Made by a program: the position numbers and the translations under genes. A stretch of 64,000 nt of DNA. It comes from Caecitellus pseudoparvulus. Lineage: Eukaryota > Protista > Bigyra: Bicosoecida. This document shows positions 24,349-35,800 of the stretch, one piece after another. The stretch is taken from contig CBFFRQ010000042.1 in assembly GCA_965644315.1 (NCBI GenBank), positions 661,042-725,041 of the forward strand, written 5' to 3'. The notes beneath the pieces are model-generated. The model saw nothing but the letters and a program-made list of their open reading frames with translations. It had not been told where the DNA came from and searched no databases. Numbering within the stretch: position 1 is the first letter of the stretch; each line of letters begins with the position of its first letter.

Positions 24349-25992
24349 ATGGCGGACCCTGAGCATGAGGTGGGTGAAAAGCGAGGAGACGAGCAGGGTC
24401 TATGGGAGTCGCACATGGGCGCCTCCAATGGGGTGTTTGGCAGCCTCGCTGCGCCTCTAGGCGTGTCCATGGGCACGCAGGGGCTTGGCACCGACGGGGG
24501 TTTCGGCGTTTCGCTTGCCAGGTCAAGCGAGATGGGGACCTTCTTGGGGCTCGCAGAGGACCACCGGAGCCTCTCAGGCCTTGGTGCTGGAATGCCAGGC
24601 TCAGGTCCACTTGCTCATCACGCTGCTGCTGCTGACGAGGGCAGCAGCGCCCTAGGCGCGGCTCCAGCCACGAACGTGCTGGTGGAGAGTGGCATCGAAG
24701 TGCAGGAGCATGACGCCGCGCTGCCGTTCATGGGAGTCGCTTCGTGGGACCCGCCAAACCCTGCGCCCGACACGCATTTAGTGTCCGCAGCAGGGCAAGA
24801 GGACACGCCTGATGTGGGCGACAGGACATCTGCAAAGGTTGCCCAAGCAAGCGCTGACGTGCGCGCCGGCGCCGCCCTTGCTGACCGCGAACAACCCGCC
24901 GTGCAGAGCGTGCGGAAACGACAGAAGGCCGGCACCAAGCCCTGTCCCCAGGCTGATCAAGTGGCCACTTCGCAGCCAGAACCAGCGAAGCAGGCACCCC
25001 ATCCTGCCACGCAGCACGTCAAGGGCAAGCGCGCGACAAGCCCCGCCGCAGGCCCAGGCGCGGGAAAGGCGAAGTCTGGTGAGAGAGCAGCAGTGACAGG
25101 CCAGGAGAGTGACTTTAGTGCCAACGTGGCTGGGTTCATGTCTGTGGCTGCCGGCCGCGCGTGGGCCGCCTGTGTGCTGCTGGCGTCCAACTTGGGCAAG
25201 TCCTGCGGGGCACGGGAGCGGCGCCGGGCTGCACACCAGTGCTCAGATGGGCTGTGGCAAGTGCTGGCAGCGTGCATGTTGCCTCCAGTAGCGTTGTTCT
25301 GGACCCTATCCTTCCTCGTGCACGACATGGGCGCCGCACCCCTCGCGCAGCTGGCGCGGCAAGGCAACGCTGTCACAGCCCAAATCATTCTTGGCTCTCT
25401 GCTCGCGTTGCTTGGCGGGTCCATGCTGGCGCAGCCGCTGACGAGAGATGTTATTCGGGGTCTCTGTGTGGAGTATGGCCCCATCCTTGGCGTCTTTGCG
25501 GCACCCACCGTGGTGGGCAGTGGCGAGTGGGGGCGTGCCGCCCCACCTCCAATTCTAGGCGCTGGCCTCCTGGGGCTTGGCGGAGGACGCACGTCCTTCT
25601 TTGGCTCCGCTACTGGCGCACTGGAGCTCTTGCGGGAGTCCCTGCCGTGGCAGGCGACCCTATTCGTCTGCATTTTGCTGTGGCGCTACGCCGTCGCTCG
25701 GCTGGGCTGGCGCATGCTGCGCTCTCCCCGCCGAGCCTGGGCAGCTGCAACTGGCCTGGCTGTGCTGGGAACGCTGGGGGTCTTGCTTGGCCCCGTGCAG
25801 CTCTGGCCCCTTGCCCTTGCCGTTCCGTGCCTGGTGATCTTTGCACAAGGGGCGGCCACCACGGCAGCCCAGCTGGCAGGCTTCACGCCCCTCTGCACCA
25901 CTCCGACGGCCACTGGCCTGGCCATTGCCCTGGCCTGCACCTACAAGCTGTCCCGAGACATTGACACCTGTGCCGAGGCGCTACTTGTGTGA
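24349..25992 (+). CDS. Hypothetical multipass membrane protein
   Basis: Long ORF with a disordered N-terminal half and several hydrophobic segments in the C-terminal half; no family recognised. Confidence 0.5.
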   Translation: MADPEHEVGEKRGDEQGLWESHMGASNGVFGSLAAPLGVSMGTQGLGTDGGFGVSLARSSEMGTFLGLAEDHRSLSGLGAGMPGSGPLAHHAAAADEGSSALGAAPATNVLVESGIEVQEHDAALPFMGVASWDPPNPAPDTHLVSAAGQEDTPDVGDRTSAKVAQASADVRAGAALADREQPAVQSVRKRQKAGTKPCPQADQVATSQPEPAKQAPHPATQHVKGKRATSPAAGPGAGKAKSGERAAVTGQESDFSANVAGFMSVAAGRAWAACVLLASNLGKSCGARERRRAAHQCSDGLWQVLAACMLPPVALFWTLSFLVHDMGAAPLAQLARQGNAVTAQIILGSLLALLGGSMLAQPLTRDVIRGLCVEYGPILGVFAAPTVVGSGEWGRAAPPPILGAGLLGLGGGRTSFFGSATGALELLRESLPWQATLFVCILLWRYAVARLGWRMLRSPRRAWAAATGLAVLGTLGVLLGPVQLWPLALAVPCLVIFAQGAATTAAQLAGFTPLCTTPTATGLAIALACTYKLSRDIDTCAEALLV

Positions 25993-26710
25993 GGGGGGTG
26001 GGCACTCTGCCGAAGTGCCAGCCGGCAGGTCGGCTGCCTGCCCCACCAGTCCCTGAACCGAAGGCGCCAATGGTTGCTCCCCCACCTCCCCACGCTCAAA
26101 GGCCACCTGCTGCTTGAAGCTGACCATGAGAGACTTGAACTCCTCAAAGTCGCCGAGAGTGAGCAGCACGTCAAAGACGTCCGAGTGCAATTCATCGCTG
26201 CGGGCCTCCAACATGCCCATGAACTCTGCCATGTCGAACCACGGCAGACGAGCGCGCAGCCCGGCATCAATGGCCTCCTCAGTCTGCTTCTGAAACTGCT
26301 GGAACACTGTCGTGTACTCTAGCTTGCTTTCCTCGGCATCCTCGAAAATGCCTGCGTGAGGCACCGTTGTGGTGCAGATGGTGCCTGCCTCACACGCCCC
26401 ACGCATCGCCCTCCGCACTGCAATGAGCTCGACAGAAGCCTTCGTGGTGGTCCCGGAACTCGGGATCCAGCACAAGGTCCTCGAGAGCACCAACTATCTC
26501 GTCAAACTTCTTGTCCTGTGCGGGAGCTCGGCGGCGTGGCACGGCCGCGTTTCGCCCAACGAAACGCCGACGCACTGCTGCCGTTCCTTCCCTTGGGCCA
26601 GCCAGCACTTCTGCAGAGACGTCCATGAGCAGGATGCAAAGTGTTGCGAAAGCCTGTGTGCGGGGCCCCCACTCACCCATGCCGCTCGGCTCCACAGAGG
26701 ACGCAGCCAT
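25981..26710 (-). CDS. ARL2BP: ARL2-binding protein / BART-domain protein (spliced)
   Basis: DKKFDEIVGALEDLVLDPEF..F...HC, then FEDAEESKLEYTTVFQQF, DVFDVLLTLGDFEEFKSLM; the start is approximate. Confidence 0.8.
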
Positions 26711-27351
26711 GTTCGAAGGTGTTGAGACGGGCAAACGGTGTTTGGACCGGCAATGCTGGGCTGCTGGGGAGGAGCAAAGCACGTGCAGAGAACCTAGAGG
26801 TTGCATTCACTGGCTGCATGCACTGCAAGTGCACGCAAGGCGGGTCTGGTGGTCGTTATTTTGACAAACTGGTGACTTGTGTGCAAAGCAACTTATTTCC
26901 AGTGCCTCCACGGTAAAGCCACAAAGAACGGATGGCGATTTAGTCACTTGCATGTGCGCTGCGAGCTCAAAATGTATCACCGCGCATGGTAAACTGGCTG
27001 GGGGTACAGCAATGCAGCTCATCTGCTCGACAGTCGCCCTCGAATACCAGTTGCGCTTGCGGGCGCAGTCGGCGGAGGTTGGGCGCAAGGCAAGCTTGGC
27101 CAGTCAGCTTACCGAGCAAGCGGAGAGTGCCCTTCTCGCCCAACCCTTGCAACATTTCGCCGCGCGCTGAGCCAGATCGTTTCTCCTGAAGTATGCAATC
27201 TGTGCACCTGCTTCCAGTCGATATGCTGGAGGAGCGCGTGGAGCATGCCCGCAGCTTGTTGAAAGTGGGTCGCTGTGCGACACGCCGCTAGAGCGCGGCA
27301 GCACCGTGAACCGCCTGTGCGCAGTCACTCGAAAGGGCAAGAGCTGAGGAG

Positions 27352-30300
27352 GTGAAGCAAACAGAGAGAGCAACGGAGAGGACCCAGCAGCTGCGGCATG
27401 TTTCTCACTCTCTCCACTCCCTGCTCCGGGTCGCGCTGCAAGCAGCGCTGGTGCGTCTGCAGGCCGAGCGGCGCCAAGCGTCTCTCGGCACTCCTCATCT
27501 CTCCTGCCCGCAGGGAGGCAGAGGGCCAGTCAGCACAAAGGAGGTTCAAACTGAAAGTCCACCTGCGCCAGAGTCTCGTTCGGGACCCCGAACTGCGGAA
27601 GCATCGACTGATCCCGAGCCTGCCCAACAGCAAGCGCCTCGAGTCGCAGCGCCCGGTCCGAAGGTTGCCAACTCGGCTGCCCTTCCCCCCGTACGCACTT
27701 TGGAACCCGCATCACCCGCAAAAGGTACTGCTGCGACCGCAGAAGACTCGACCGCTCGCGCTACACCACCCTTGGAGGCTGACATGATGGAGAGAGCAGT
27801 GCAAGGGCGCATGGCCATCTACGCCCGGTGCAAGGGCATGCACAGCCCACGGGGGCTCCGGCCCTTGAACCCTTCTCCCACTAAGCACGCCGTGACAGTG
27901 GGCGCTCTTCCAACAAGCAGCATGCCGCCGCCGCCCGCTGGCTTGTTCAGTCACTCGCACAGCGCACCCACCGCCGAGTCCACGCTGGTGCTGGAGCCTG
28001 CGAAGCGCAAGCAGCAGGCCTCCAAGCTGCTGCAAGACATTGACGCGATTCGCGCCAACCACTTCAGCCCCCCACCTTCACCATCCTCTGTGGTACCGGC
28101 TGAGACCTTCTCAACTTCCTTGCGAGTTCCCGTTCGGTCACCTGACAACAGCGCCTTGCGCCGACAAGCAGCCCTGGCACGGGCCAAGCCCTTGCCCAAG
28201 GCGCCAACCATCGCCGACAGTTCCAAGAAACCGGCTCATGCCGCAGATTCTGCTGCACCTTCTGGGCCTGCCTCCGGACAAGGGTCTCGTGCAAGGCCTG
28301 GCCACAAAGCGACTTCGGCTCCTCGCGACTTGGCACCCGGCTCACAGGCGACAAAGCCTAGATCGACTGCTGCAGCCCGAGCTTCACCGGTCAAGAAACA
28401 CAGTGGAAATGTTTCCAAGCCGAACCGCGACCCCGCCTCGCGGCAAGTCCACGGCAGTCAGCGAGGCCCAGCCAGACCCCCGCCCGGCATGCAGCGCAAA
28501 GAGCCAAGTGAATCTGCTCCAAGCCAAACGTCCCCTCCCCCATCAAATGGGACAAAGGCGGACTCTGCTGGAGTCTCTTCAAAAGATGCTGCGCGCTTGG
28601 CCCCCGAGCCTGCAGGGACCTCTTCCAGCCCTGGCCCACTTCCAGGAGTGACTGTGCGAAGTGGCCACGCTGCAGAGCAGGCGACAAAGTCATCCCCTCT
28701 TGCGACTGAAGCCAAGGACAGGTCATCAGTCAAGAGTGGCAAGCGCGCCCCTCCCGGCATGAAGCCTGCAACAACAAAGCCTGGTGAATCACCTACCCAA
28801 CTCCAAACGAACGCCAAAAAAGACAGTACATGTGCTCGTCCGCCAGCGCCGGCATCAGGTGGAGCACCGCGGGGGGCTCGTCCGCCAGCGCCGGCATCAG
28901 GTGGTGCACCGCGGGGGGCTCGTCCGCCAGCGCCGGCATCAGGTGGAGCACCGCGGGGGGCTCGTCCGCCAGCGCCGGCATCAGGTGGTGCACCGCGGGG
29001 GGCTCGTCCACCAGCGCCGGCATCAGGTGGTGCACCGGGTGGAGGGCGTCCGCCAGCGCCGGCATCAGGTGGTGCGCCGGGTGGAGGGCGTCCGCCAGCG
29101 CCGGCATCAGGTGGTGCGCCGGGTGGAGGGCGTCCACCAGCGCCGGCAACAGGTGGAGCACCGGGTGGAGGGCGTCCGCCAGCGCCGGCATCAGGTGGTG
29201 CGCCGGGTGGAGGGCGTCCGCCAGCGCCGGCATCAGGTGGAGCACCGCGGGGGGCTCGTCCGCCAGCGCCGGCATCAGGTGGAGCACCGGGTGGAGGGCG
29301 TCCGCCAGCGCCGGCAACAGGTGGAGCACCGGTTGGAGGGCGTCCGCCAGCGCCGGCATCAGGTGGTGCACCGGGTGGAGGGCGTCCGCCAGCGCCGGCA
29401 TCAGGTGGAGCACCGGGTGGAGGGCGTCCGCCAGCGCCGGCATCAGGTGGTGCACCGGGTGGAGGGCGTCCGCCAGCGCCGGCATCAGGTGGTGCACCGG
29501 TTGGAGGGCGTCCGCCAGCGCCGGCATCAGGTGGTGCACCGGTTGGAGGGCGTCCGCCAGCGCCGGCATCAGGTGGTGCACCGGGTGGAGGGCGTCCGCC
29601 AGCGCCGGCATCAGGTGGTGCACCGCGGGGGACTCGTCCGCCAGCGCCGGCATCAGGTGGTGCGCCGGGTGGAGGGCGTCCGCCAGCGCCGGCATCAGGT
29701 GGTGCGCCGGGTGGAGGGCGTCCGCCAGCGCCGGCATCAGGTGGTGCGCCGGGTGGAGGGCGTCCGCCAGCGCCGGCATCAGGTGGTGCACCGGGTGGAG
29801 GGCGTCCGCCAGCGCCGGCATCAGGTGGTGCGCCGGGTGGAGGGCGTCCGCCAGCGCCGGCATCAGGTGGTGCGCCGGGTGGAGGGCGTCCGCCAGCGCC
29901 AGCACCAGGTGATGAAAGGATTTCGCAAGACCCACTAAGTGTTGTGTCTAAGTCAGGTGCTACCGAAGGAAAGAAGGAACCTGGGAGGTTAGCAGAACAG
30001 AAGCAAGACACAGCTCAAACTGTGCAGGCTGCTCTGAACTCTGTGATATCTTCGTTGTCTCGAGGCACCCGTTCTGTCGGGGATCACCACAGCATCGGGG
30101 AAAAGGCCCTTCTCCAGTCAACACACGGTATCACGCCGCTTCGCCCAGCTCGCTCTCCTTCGCGGGGCAAATCCTCACGACTGAAGCCCAGTCCACACCT
30201 TGGCTTGGCTGCTCGCCAGCGTGCAGCCTCACCCAAGCGCTCGCAACAATCGCCAGAAGTAGCGCCTGACAAAGCGCCCCAGAAACCAAGGCACGTGGCA

Positions 30301-30849
30301 CCAGCAGCTGATGTGTCTTGCCAGGTTGAAGTTGCAAGCCGTTTGAGTGCGACACAGAAGCATGTAGCTCCACATGAGTGGGAGTTTGTCAGTCGTGGTG
30401 GCAATATTGGGGACTTGGACGAGCCTTCGCAGCTTGCATACATCGCGCTGAAGCGCAAGCCCTTGCCATCCGCCGCGCATCGTCACGCGTCAGCTCCGAA
30501 GCCTTGGGAAGTCGCAGGGAAAACTCACGGCAAAGGGTTTCAGCGTGGTTTCCCTGCACAAGCATCCAGCACACCAACAGTGCAGACCAAGTCATCGCCC
30601 GTGCGCAAGAGCCCGTTTAAGTCCAAATCAACACCACCTCCACGCTGGGCAGGGGGCTCTGCTGTGCCTCAAGGAGGCGAAGCTGTGACACCCCATGGAG
30701 CAGACACCCCATCCAAAGCAAGTCCGCGCACACCCCAGCTTGACAAGCCCCCAAGGGGTAAGGTGGGCATTTCACCAGGCGTGGCAGTGGTTGCGCCTGC
30801 AGCTGCTAAGCGCGAGTGGCTGCGTCGACGAGTTCAGCGACGAGGGTGA
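27352..30849 (+). CDS. Pro/Ser/Gly-rich low-complexity protein with a 14-aa tandem repeat
   Basis: 1165-codon ORF extends well beyond the repeat on both sides; true start unknown. Confidence 0.6.
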   Translation: MKQTERATERTQQLRHVSHSLHSLLRVALQAALVRLQAERRQASLGTPHLSCPQGGRGPVSTKEVQTESPPAPESRSGPRTAEASTDPEPAQQQAPRVAAPGPKVANSAALPPVRTLEPASPAKGTAATAEDSTARATPPLEADMMERAVQGRMAIYARCKGMHSPRGLRPLNPSPTKHAVTVGALPTSSMPPPPAGLFSHSHSAPTAESTLVLEPAKRKQQASKLLQDIDAIRANHFSPPPSPSSVVPAETFSTSLRVPVRSPDNSALRRQAALARAKPLPKAPTIADSSKKPAHAADSAAPSGPASGQGSRARPGHKATSAPRDLAPGSQATKPRSTAAARASPVKKHSGNVSKPNRDPASRQVHGSQRGPARPPPGMQRKEPSESAPSQTSPPPSNGTKADSAGVSSKDAARLAPEPAGTSSSPGPLPGVTVRSGHAAEQATKSSPLATEAKDRSSVKSGKRAPPGMKPATTKPGESPTQLQTNAKKDSTCARPPAPASGGAPRGARPPAPASGGAPRGARPPAPASGGAPRGARPPAPASGGAPRGARPPAPASGGAPGGGRPPAPASGGAPGGGRPPAPASGGAPGGGRPPAPATGGAPGGGRPPAPASGGAPGGGRPPAPASGGAPRGARPPAPASGGAPGGGRPPAPATGGAPVGGRPPAPASGGAPGGGRPPAPASGGAPGGGRPPAPASGGAPGGGRPPAPASGGAPVGGRPPAPASGGAPVGGRPPAPASGGAPGGGRPPAPASGGAPRGTRPPAPASGGAPGGGRPPAPASGGAPGGGRPPAPASGGAPGGGRPPAPASGGAPGGGRPPAPASGGAPGGGRPPAPASGGAPGGGRPPAPAPGDERISQDPLSVVSKSGATEGKKEPGRLAEQKQDTAQTVQAALNSVISSLSRGTRSVGDHHSIGEKALLQSTHGITPLRPARSPSRGKSSRLKPSPHLGLAARQRAASPKRSQQSPEVAPDKAPQKPRHVAPAADVSCQVEVASRLSATQKHVAPHEWEFVSRGGNIGDLDEPSQLAYIALKRKPLPSAAHRHASAPKPWEVAGKTHGKGFQRGFPAQASSTPTVQTKSSPVRKSPFKSKSTPPPRWAGGSAVPQGGEAVTPHGADTPSKASPRTPQLDKPPRGKVGISPGVAVVAPAAAKREWLRRRVQRRG
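28837..29910 (+). repeat. 42-bp minisatellite, about 25.5 copies, encoding RPPAPASGGAP(RGA/GGG)
   Basis: Unit cgtccgccagcgccggcatcaggtggtgcRccgggtggaggg recurs at 28837, 28879, 28921 ... 29887. Confidence 0.97.
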
Positions 30850-30931
30850 GGCAGCCCTGTTGCAACCCAACAGGAACGACGCCGTGGTATTGTCGGCAAC
30901 ATGCAGCATGCATTGTGGGCTCCATTGGTGG

Positions 30932-32119
30932 CTACCCCTTTTTGTTGTGCTGGTGGGCATTCGCTGGATTGGCAGGCTGCTGGCACTGGGCGCTGTGCCT
31001 GCCTGCTTCCAGGCACTTGAACACAGACAGCCCAGCATCGTCCCACCAGCCATCCACAGCTGCAAGCCACGAACCATCTTGGCGCTGCAATGCACTGTAC
31101 GTATGCATACCTGTGAAGCGCCAGTGCGGGGCTGCAGGGAAGGGTCGCAGCACGATGGTACCCTCCTCGAGGGACTCAGGGTACTCGTGCAGTGTGCGAG
31201 ACAAGCTCAACTTATGGGCCGTTACGGTGGTGCCAGTGTGGTGAAGCGACCACAGGCCACCCCCAGGGGCAGGTAAGAGCCGGCCAGATTGTCGGATGGA
31301 TGGTTTCCCAGCAGTCTTTACGAGCCTGAACGGGCCCACAATGGCTGGTGCCCACCACGCCCTTTCCACGCCCGCACCGCTGTCCTGGGCAAGAAGGAAC
31401 CACCCCCCTTGGCCGTCTGCATGCAGCACTGGGTCGATTGCGTGGCCTTTTGTCGCATCATGCAACAACTTGGTGTGTCGGGCCCACGGGCCACGGGGAG
31501 ATGGAGCAGAGTACAGCCACACTTCATGGGGGTGCGGCGACCCCGCTGTCGCACACACAGTCATGTACCATGCTCCCCCTTCTTGGACGACAAATGGGAA
31601 GCTCAGGTGGTACGGCTCACGCAGAACAATGCCAAGGTGGTGGAACGTGAATCCGTCGTCAGTGGACACAGCAAGGCCAATCACGCCTTCTTGCGCATCT
31701 GCGTCAAGGACTTCAGAGAAAATGTACAGCTCGTGCCCGACTTCCAGCAGGAAAGGGTCCGCTTGAAACACGGCGCGCACGTCGTGGACATCACCTCCCG
31801 TCAGAACTGGCCCATGAATGTGCGCCTCCCGCGCGAGCGGGCCTTGCCCAGCAGGGATGCGAGCAAGGCCGATGCTCCAGATCGCGTTGTTGTCACCTCT
31901 GCACCTCTTGGAGCTTCTTCCAGGGCATGGCCGATTCCAAGGGTGCCTGACACCCCGCGCTGCGTGAGCGGGAGGGCATGAACCAATTGCGGAAATTGCG
32001 GCATGAACCAGTCTGCATCGGCTCCCTCTCACAAGGCTCTGGTCCAGTGGGCACTTGAGATATCCACCACACGCCAGAAACGAGAAGTAGCACAAGAAAA
32101 CCAACGACCACATGCGCAT
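30932..32119 (-). CDS. Secreted five-bladed beta-propeller (GH43/GH32-like) protein resembling the GINT1 N-terminal domain
   Basis: WSIGL, FQADPFL, YIFSEV, GVIGLAVSTDDG, LREPYHLSFPFV, IDPVL, GMHT, WLAAVDG; hydrophobic N-terminus. Confidence 0.7.
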   Translation of the reverse strand: MRMWSLVFLCYFSFLACGGYLKCPLDQSLVRGSRCRLVHAAISAIGSCPPAHAARGVRHPWNRPCPGRSSKRCRGDNNAIWSIGLARIPAGQGPLAREAHIHGPVLTGGDVHDVRAVFQADPFLLEVGHELYIFSEVLDADAQEGVIGLAVSTDDGFTFHHLGIVLREPYHLSFPFVVQEGGAWYMTVCATAGSPHPHEVWLYSAPSPRGPWARHTKLLHDATKGHAIDPVLHADGQGGWFLLAQDSGAGVERAWWAPAIVGPFRLVKTAGKPSIRQSGRLLPAPGGGLWSLHHTGTTVTAHKLSLSRTLHEYPESLEEGTIVLRPFPAAPHWRFTGMHTYSALQRQDGSWLAAVDGWWDDAGLSVFKCLEAGRHSAQCQQPANPANAHQHNKKG

Positions 32120-32849
32120 TTTGCACCTTCCATGACCAAAAGGTAGACTTCAATGGTGAGAGGCCGCACCTGCGCCTGGCGCAGAGAGCCATGGTTGCCT
32201 TCCGGCTCTCGACACCCAGAAGGCAGGCCTACCTGCAAGTCAAACATGGAAAACCGAACTTGTGTCTGGCTAAGGAATTTATATGTGTGCTTGGCTTGAT
32301 TGTGGAGATGTCTGGCCTTTCTGAGACTCCTGCGAAATTGCTACGTCCACCAGCGACTCTGTGCCCGGAAGGTTGAGGCAGCGACAAGGGCCAACGTTAG
32401 GTGGCTGTGACCTGCCCCATTATGAGATTTGCATGCTCTCTGCAGGTCCTGTGAATTAGAGGGGCACTGCGCGCACGCAGCTCCTTGATGAGCCCTTACG
32501 GGCAGCGCTTGAGCGAACGGGTTGAGGTGGGCTAGGCCTCCCGTGCCAAGCCTTTCGCAGGGAAGAACTGGAGACCAGCTCTGCTGGCTCTCTGATGTTG
32601 ATAGGCGGGTGTTGTCACCAGCGTTGCTTGGTTCCAGCGGCTGAGCAGTCCTACTTGGTGGGAGTGCAACCCGATCAGCTTGCACCAGCACTTGAGAAAG
32701 AGCTGCACTTCCGCCTCGACCCCACAATCCAACTCCCTCACCTCAAAATTTGTACCAAACATGGCACCAATTGCATAAGGTTTGGTCTAAATCGATTTCT
32801 CGGGCTCCTTCCGCGGCCCATTCGCCGGTAGGTGCCTCAGAAAGGCGGC

Positions 32850-35800
32850 ATGGCAGCTGCCGCAGCGACGCTCGGCGGGCTCGCTGAGTATCGCCCGGGC
32901 ATAGACTTTAAGGAGAAGCTCGTGAAGCTGCAGAAGAACTTGGAGAAGCTACAATGCGCTGAACCCCGGGAAGGCTTTGCGACTGAGGTGAATGAGGCCT
33001 GCAAGGAGTTGCTTGAACTGCTAGGGCAAGCACTTGCGAAAGGCAAGGAGCTTGGCACTTGCCTCCACGAAAGCGACCAGCTCGGCATTGTTGAAGACGA
33101 AGGGCACTTCAAGGTACTCAAGGGCCAGCTTGGGGTGGCCTTGCAGGAAGCCCAGAAGTGTGTTGATGCGACGAGGGTCGCCTTCTCCAATGGTGGGCTG
33201 GAGCAACGTCGCATCTTTCACCAACGAAGGGAGCAACTCAAGCACACAAGAGACGTCCTGACGACGTTTAAGGGGCGCCTGAAGTCTATGCTGCAAGTGC
33301 ATAAGGAGCGACTCGCTCTGTTTGAGATTGGGAGCAAGGACGGGCTCCAGACGACAGTTGCGAAGTTCGTCAACTCGTGCCAGGAGTCATTGACTGCTCT
33401 CAACTCGCACGCCGACTTCCATGCGCGTGCCAGCCTGGGGATTACAGGTGAGAAAGGTGGTGGCGCCCCTGGAGGCGCAGCGGTGACACCCACTGCGCTC
33501 TCTCGTGACTCTGTTGAACATGTGTTGAAGCATTCGCTTGAGCCCCTCAAGAAGTCCCTCCAAGTTGCGCTCCAGCGCTCCTCAGCCCGGGATCAGCAGA
33601 CGTCAGCATCAAAAAGCCGACTGATGAGCTTGTACAGTTTCATGTGGCGGGAGTTTTACAATATCGGAACGGTCAGTGCGGAGGATGGGAACCTGGCAAC
33701 CCTCTCTCGCCGGCTGCAAGACGTGGCTGCATGGGCTACCGACTTACAGGGCAGGCTGGAAGCTTGCCCTGAATCTGCAAGCCGTTCTCAACTTTCAGCT
33801 CTGGCTGTGGAGGCAGTGACCGCGCTTGCCGAAGTGGTCTCCCACCTCCCTGAGTTGGCAGTTATAACGTCTGAAGGGACGATAAAAAAGATCATCAAAG
33901 CGGATCAACTCGGTGGGGACAAGGAAAAAGCAGAAGCCTTGATCAAGATGATCGACAGTACGTGTGTGTTCTTGGATGTGTTCAGTGTCGAGGATTTGCC
34001 GGGTGAAGGCGGGAGTTTTCCAGCACAGGATTACCGGCAAGTGTTATGTGTGCAACCAAGGGGAGGCCCACTCAAGAACCAAAGGCTGGTGGTGAAATGG
34101 CGTACAAGCGAAAAGAGTGATAAGGACGCATATTCTACCCTGCGCACCTTTTATCAGGAGCTGTACTTGACTCTGCGAGCTCGTACTGGTGTTGCCCCGC
34201 TGCACGTCCCGAAAGTGCTCGGCATCGCCATTGCCGCCAAAGGCAAGAAGGGTGAATCCTCGCCCCCGGGTGGCTCTGCGGGGCAAGCTCCGCAGCCGAG
34301 CATCACCTGCGCGATTGTGATGGAGCGGGTTCCCGGCATTGAGCTTCGCACGTTGCTCCGGACACCTGCCTGGCGTGGAGTGAGTCGGCCAGTGCGGCTG
34401 AAGCTGGCTGCCTGCCTTTGGGAAGCTGTTGCACAGCTGCAGGCTTGCGAGATGGCCCACACAGACATCAAACCTGAGAACATCATTGTGCGCCTCCAGC
34501 TCTCTGATGCTGTGCAAGACGCGGTGGACGCCTGCACAACAAAGGGCGCTGACTCACCTCAGCCTGAAGAGCTGCCGGAGGAGATTTGGAAACCTCTGCA
34601 ACGGCAGCTTATACTCCAAGTCTGGCAGGATAAAGCCCGAGTCACGCTCATTGATTTCGAGGGCGCGGGGGTTGCAGCGTCAACTGGAAAGGTCAGGAGG
34701 AAGCAGTATTCCACACATGCGTTATCGACCGAAGCGACTTACACTGACTTGTACCTCCCACCGATGACAGCAGACACAGACCCGTCACGAATTCTTGATT
34801 GCATGGGTTTCGACATGTGGGCTAGTGCACTCGTCACTCTGTCTATGCTGGGCCTGCCCCAGTTGAGTGCTAGCCAGAATTTGGGAACCAAGCAATGCCC
34901 AAACAAGGTTGAGGGTTTTGAGTTGACAAGGGCCCTGTTCTACCACGAGGATGCTCTTGCCAAGGTGGCGCCCAACGCAGAGGGAACTCATGAAGAGCGC
35001 ATGGAGGAGCTGCTCCGCAACATCCCGCTCGAAGCCAGGGGAGCGTTGCTCCCGTGCTTCTCGGAAGTGCTTGAGGAGTGCATGTTTTGTGCAGCGGACG
35101 CTATGGATGGCAGCGATCCACCTCACTCGGCAGATGCTGAGGCTCTTCCAGAGGCAGCAGTCGGCGCTGGAGCTGCTGCTTCTCTGCAGCCAGGCCAAGG
35201 GGGTGAGGTTCGAAGCGTCTTCCGCGCTCCACGTATCGCGGACACACTCCGGGACCTGGCCATCCAGGAAAAGGAACGTGCTTTTGAGTATGCTGACGAT
35301 GAAGGTAATTCGAATACTGTCACGTTTCTGTCGTTCGGGGTTCTCCAAGGTGGTGACGCTGATGAGCATGTCGTCGAACTGCCAGCTGCCATGGAGGATC
35401 TCCCACCGTTCAGAAGTCAAGTTGTTCAAGGCAAAGGTGGAATTCTGCTGGCAAGGTCAGTGCTGGGCGACTCACTCCCTGCGAGCGCCATGCTTCACAA
35501 GAACGTTGTACTTTGGGCTCTTCAGGCCCTTAGCGACACGACCGGCTCAGGCAACGCAGAGAGGCAGACTGAATTCCGGGAGATGGGGCTCGAGGAGCGA
35601 GTACACGCGCTGCTGCTGCTGCTAGGGCTTGGTGGGGCGTGGCTGGAACCTGGCATGGCTTCTGGGCACTTGGATGCAGCAGTCACCGCTGCTGAAGCAT
35701 TGCTCAGTGACGACTTGCACTTGCCCAGCACAAGTCCAGATCTTCCATCGCTTCGTGGATCCTTTTTGGCATCTGCAGAGGGCCTTCGGGAGCTTGTGCT

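Noticed and set aside
28837-29910. 42-bp array (and the 141-bp array at 51223-52675) as CRISPR arrays
   Set aside because: Units are contiguous without unique spacers, are multiples of 3 inside ORFs, there are no cas genes and the genome is eukaryotic.
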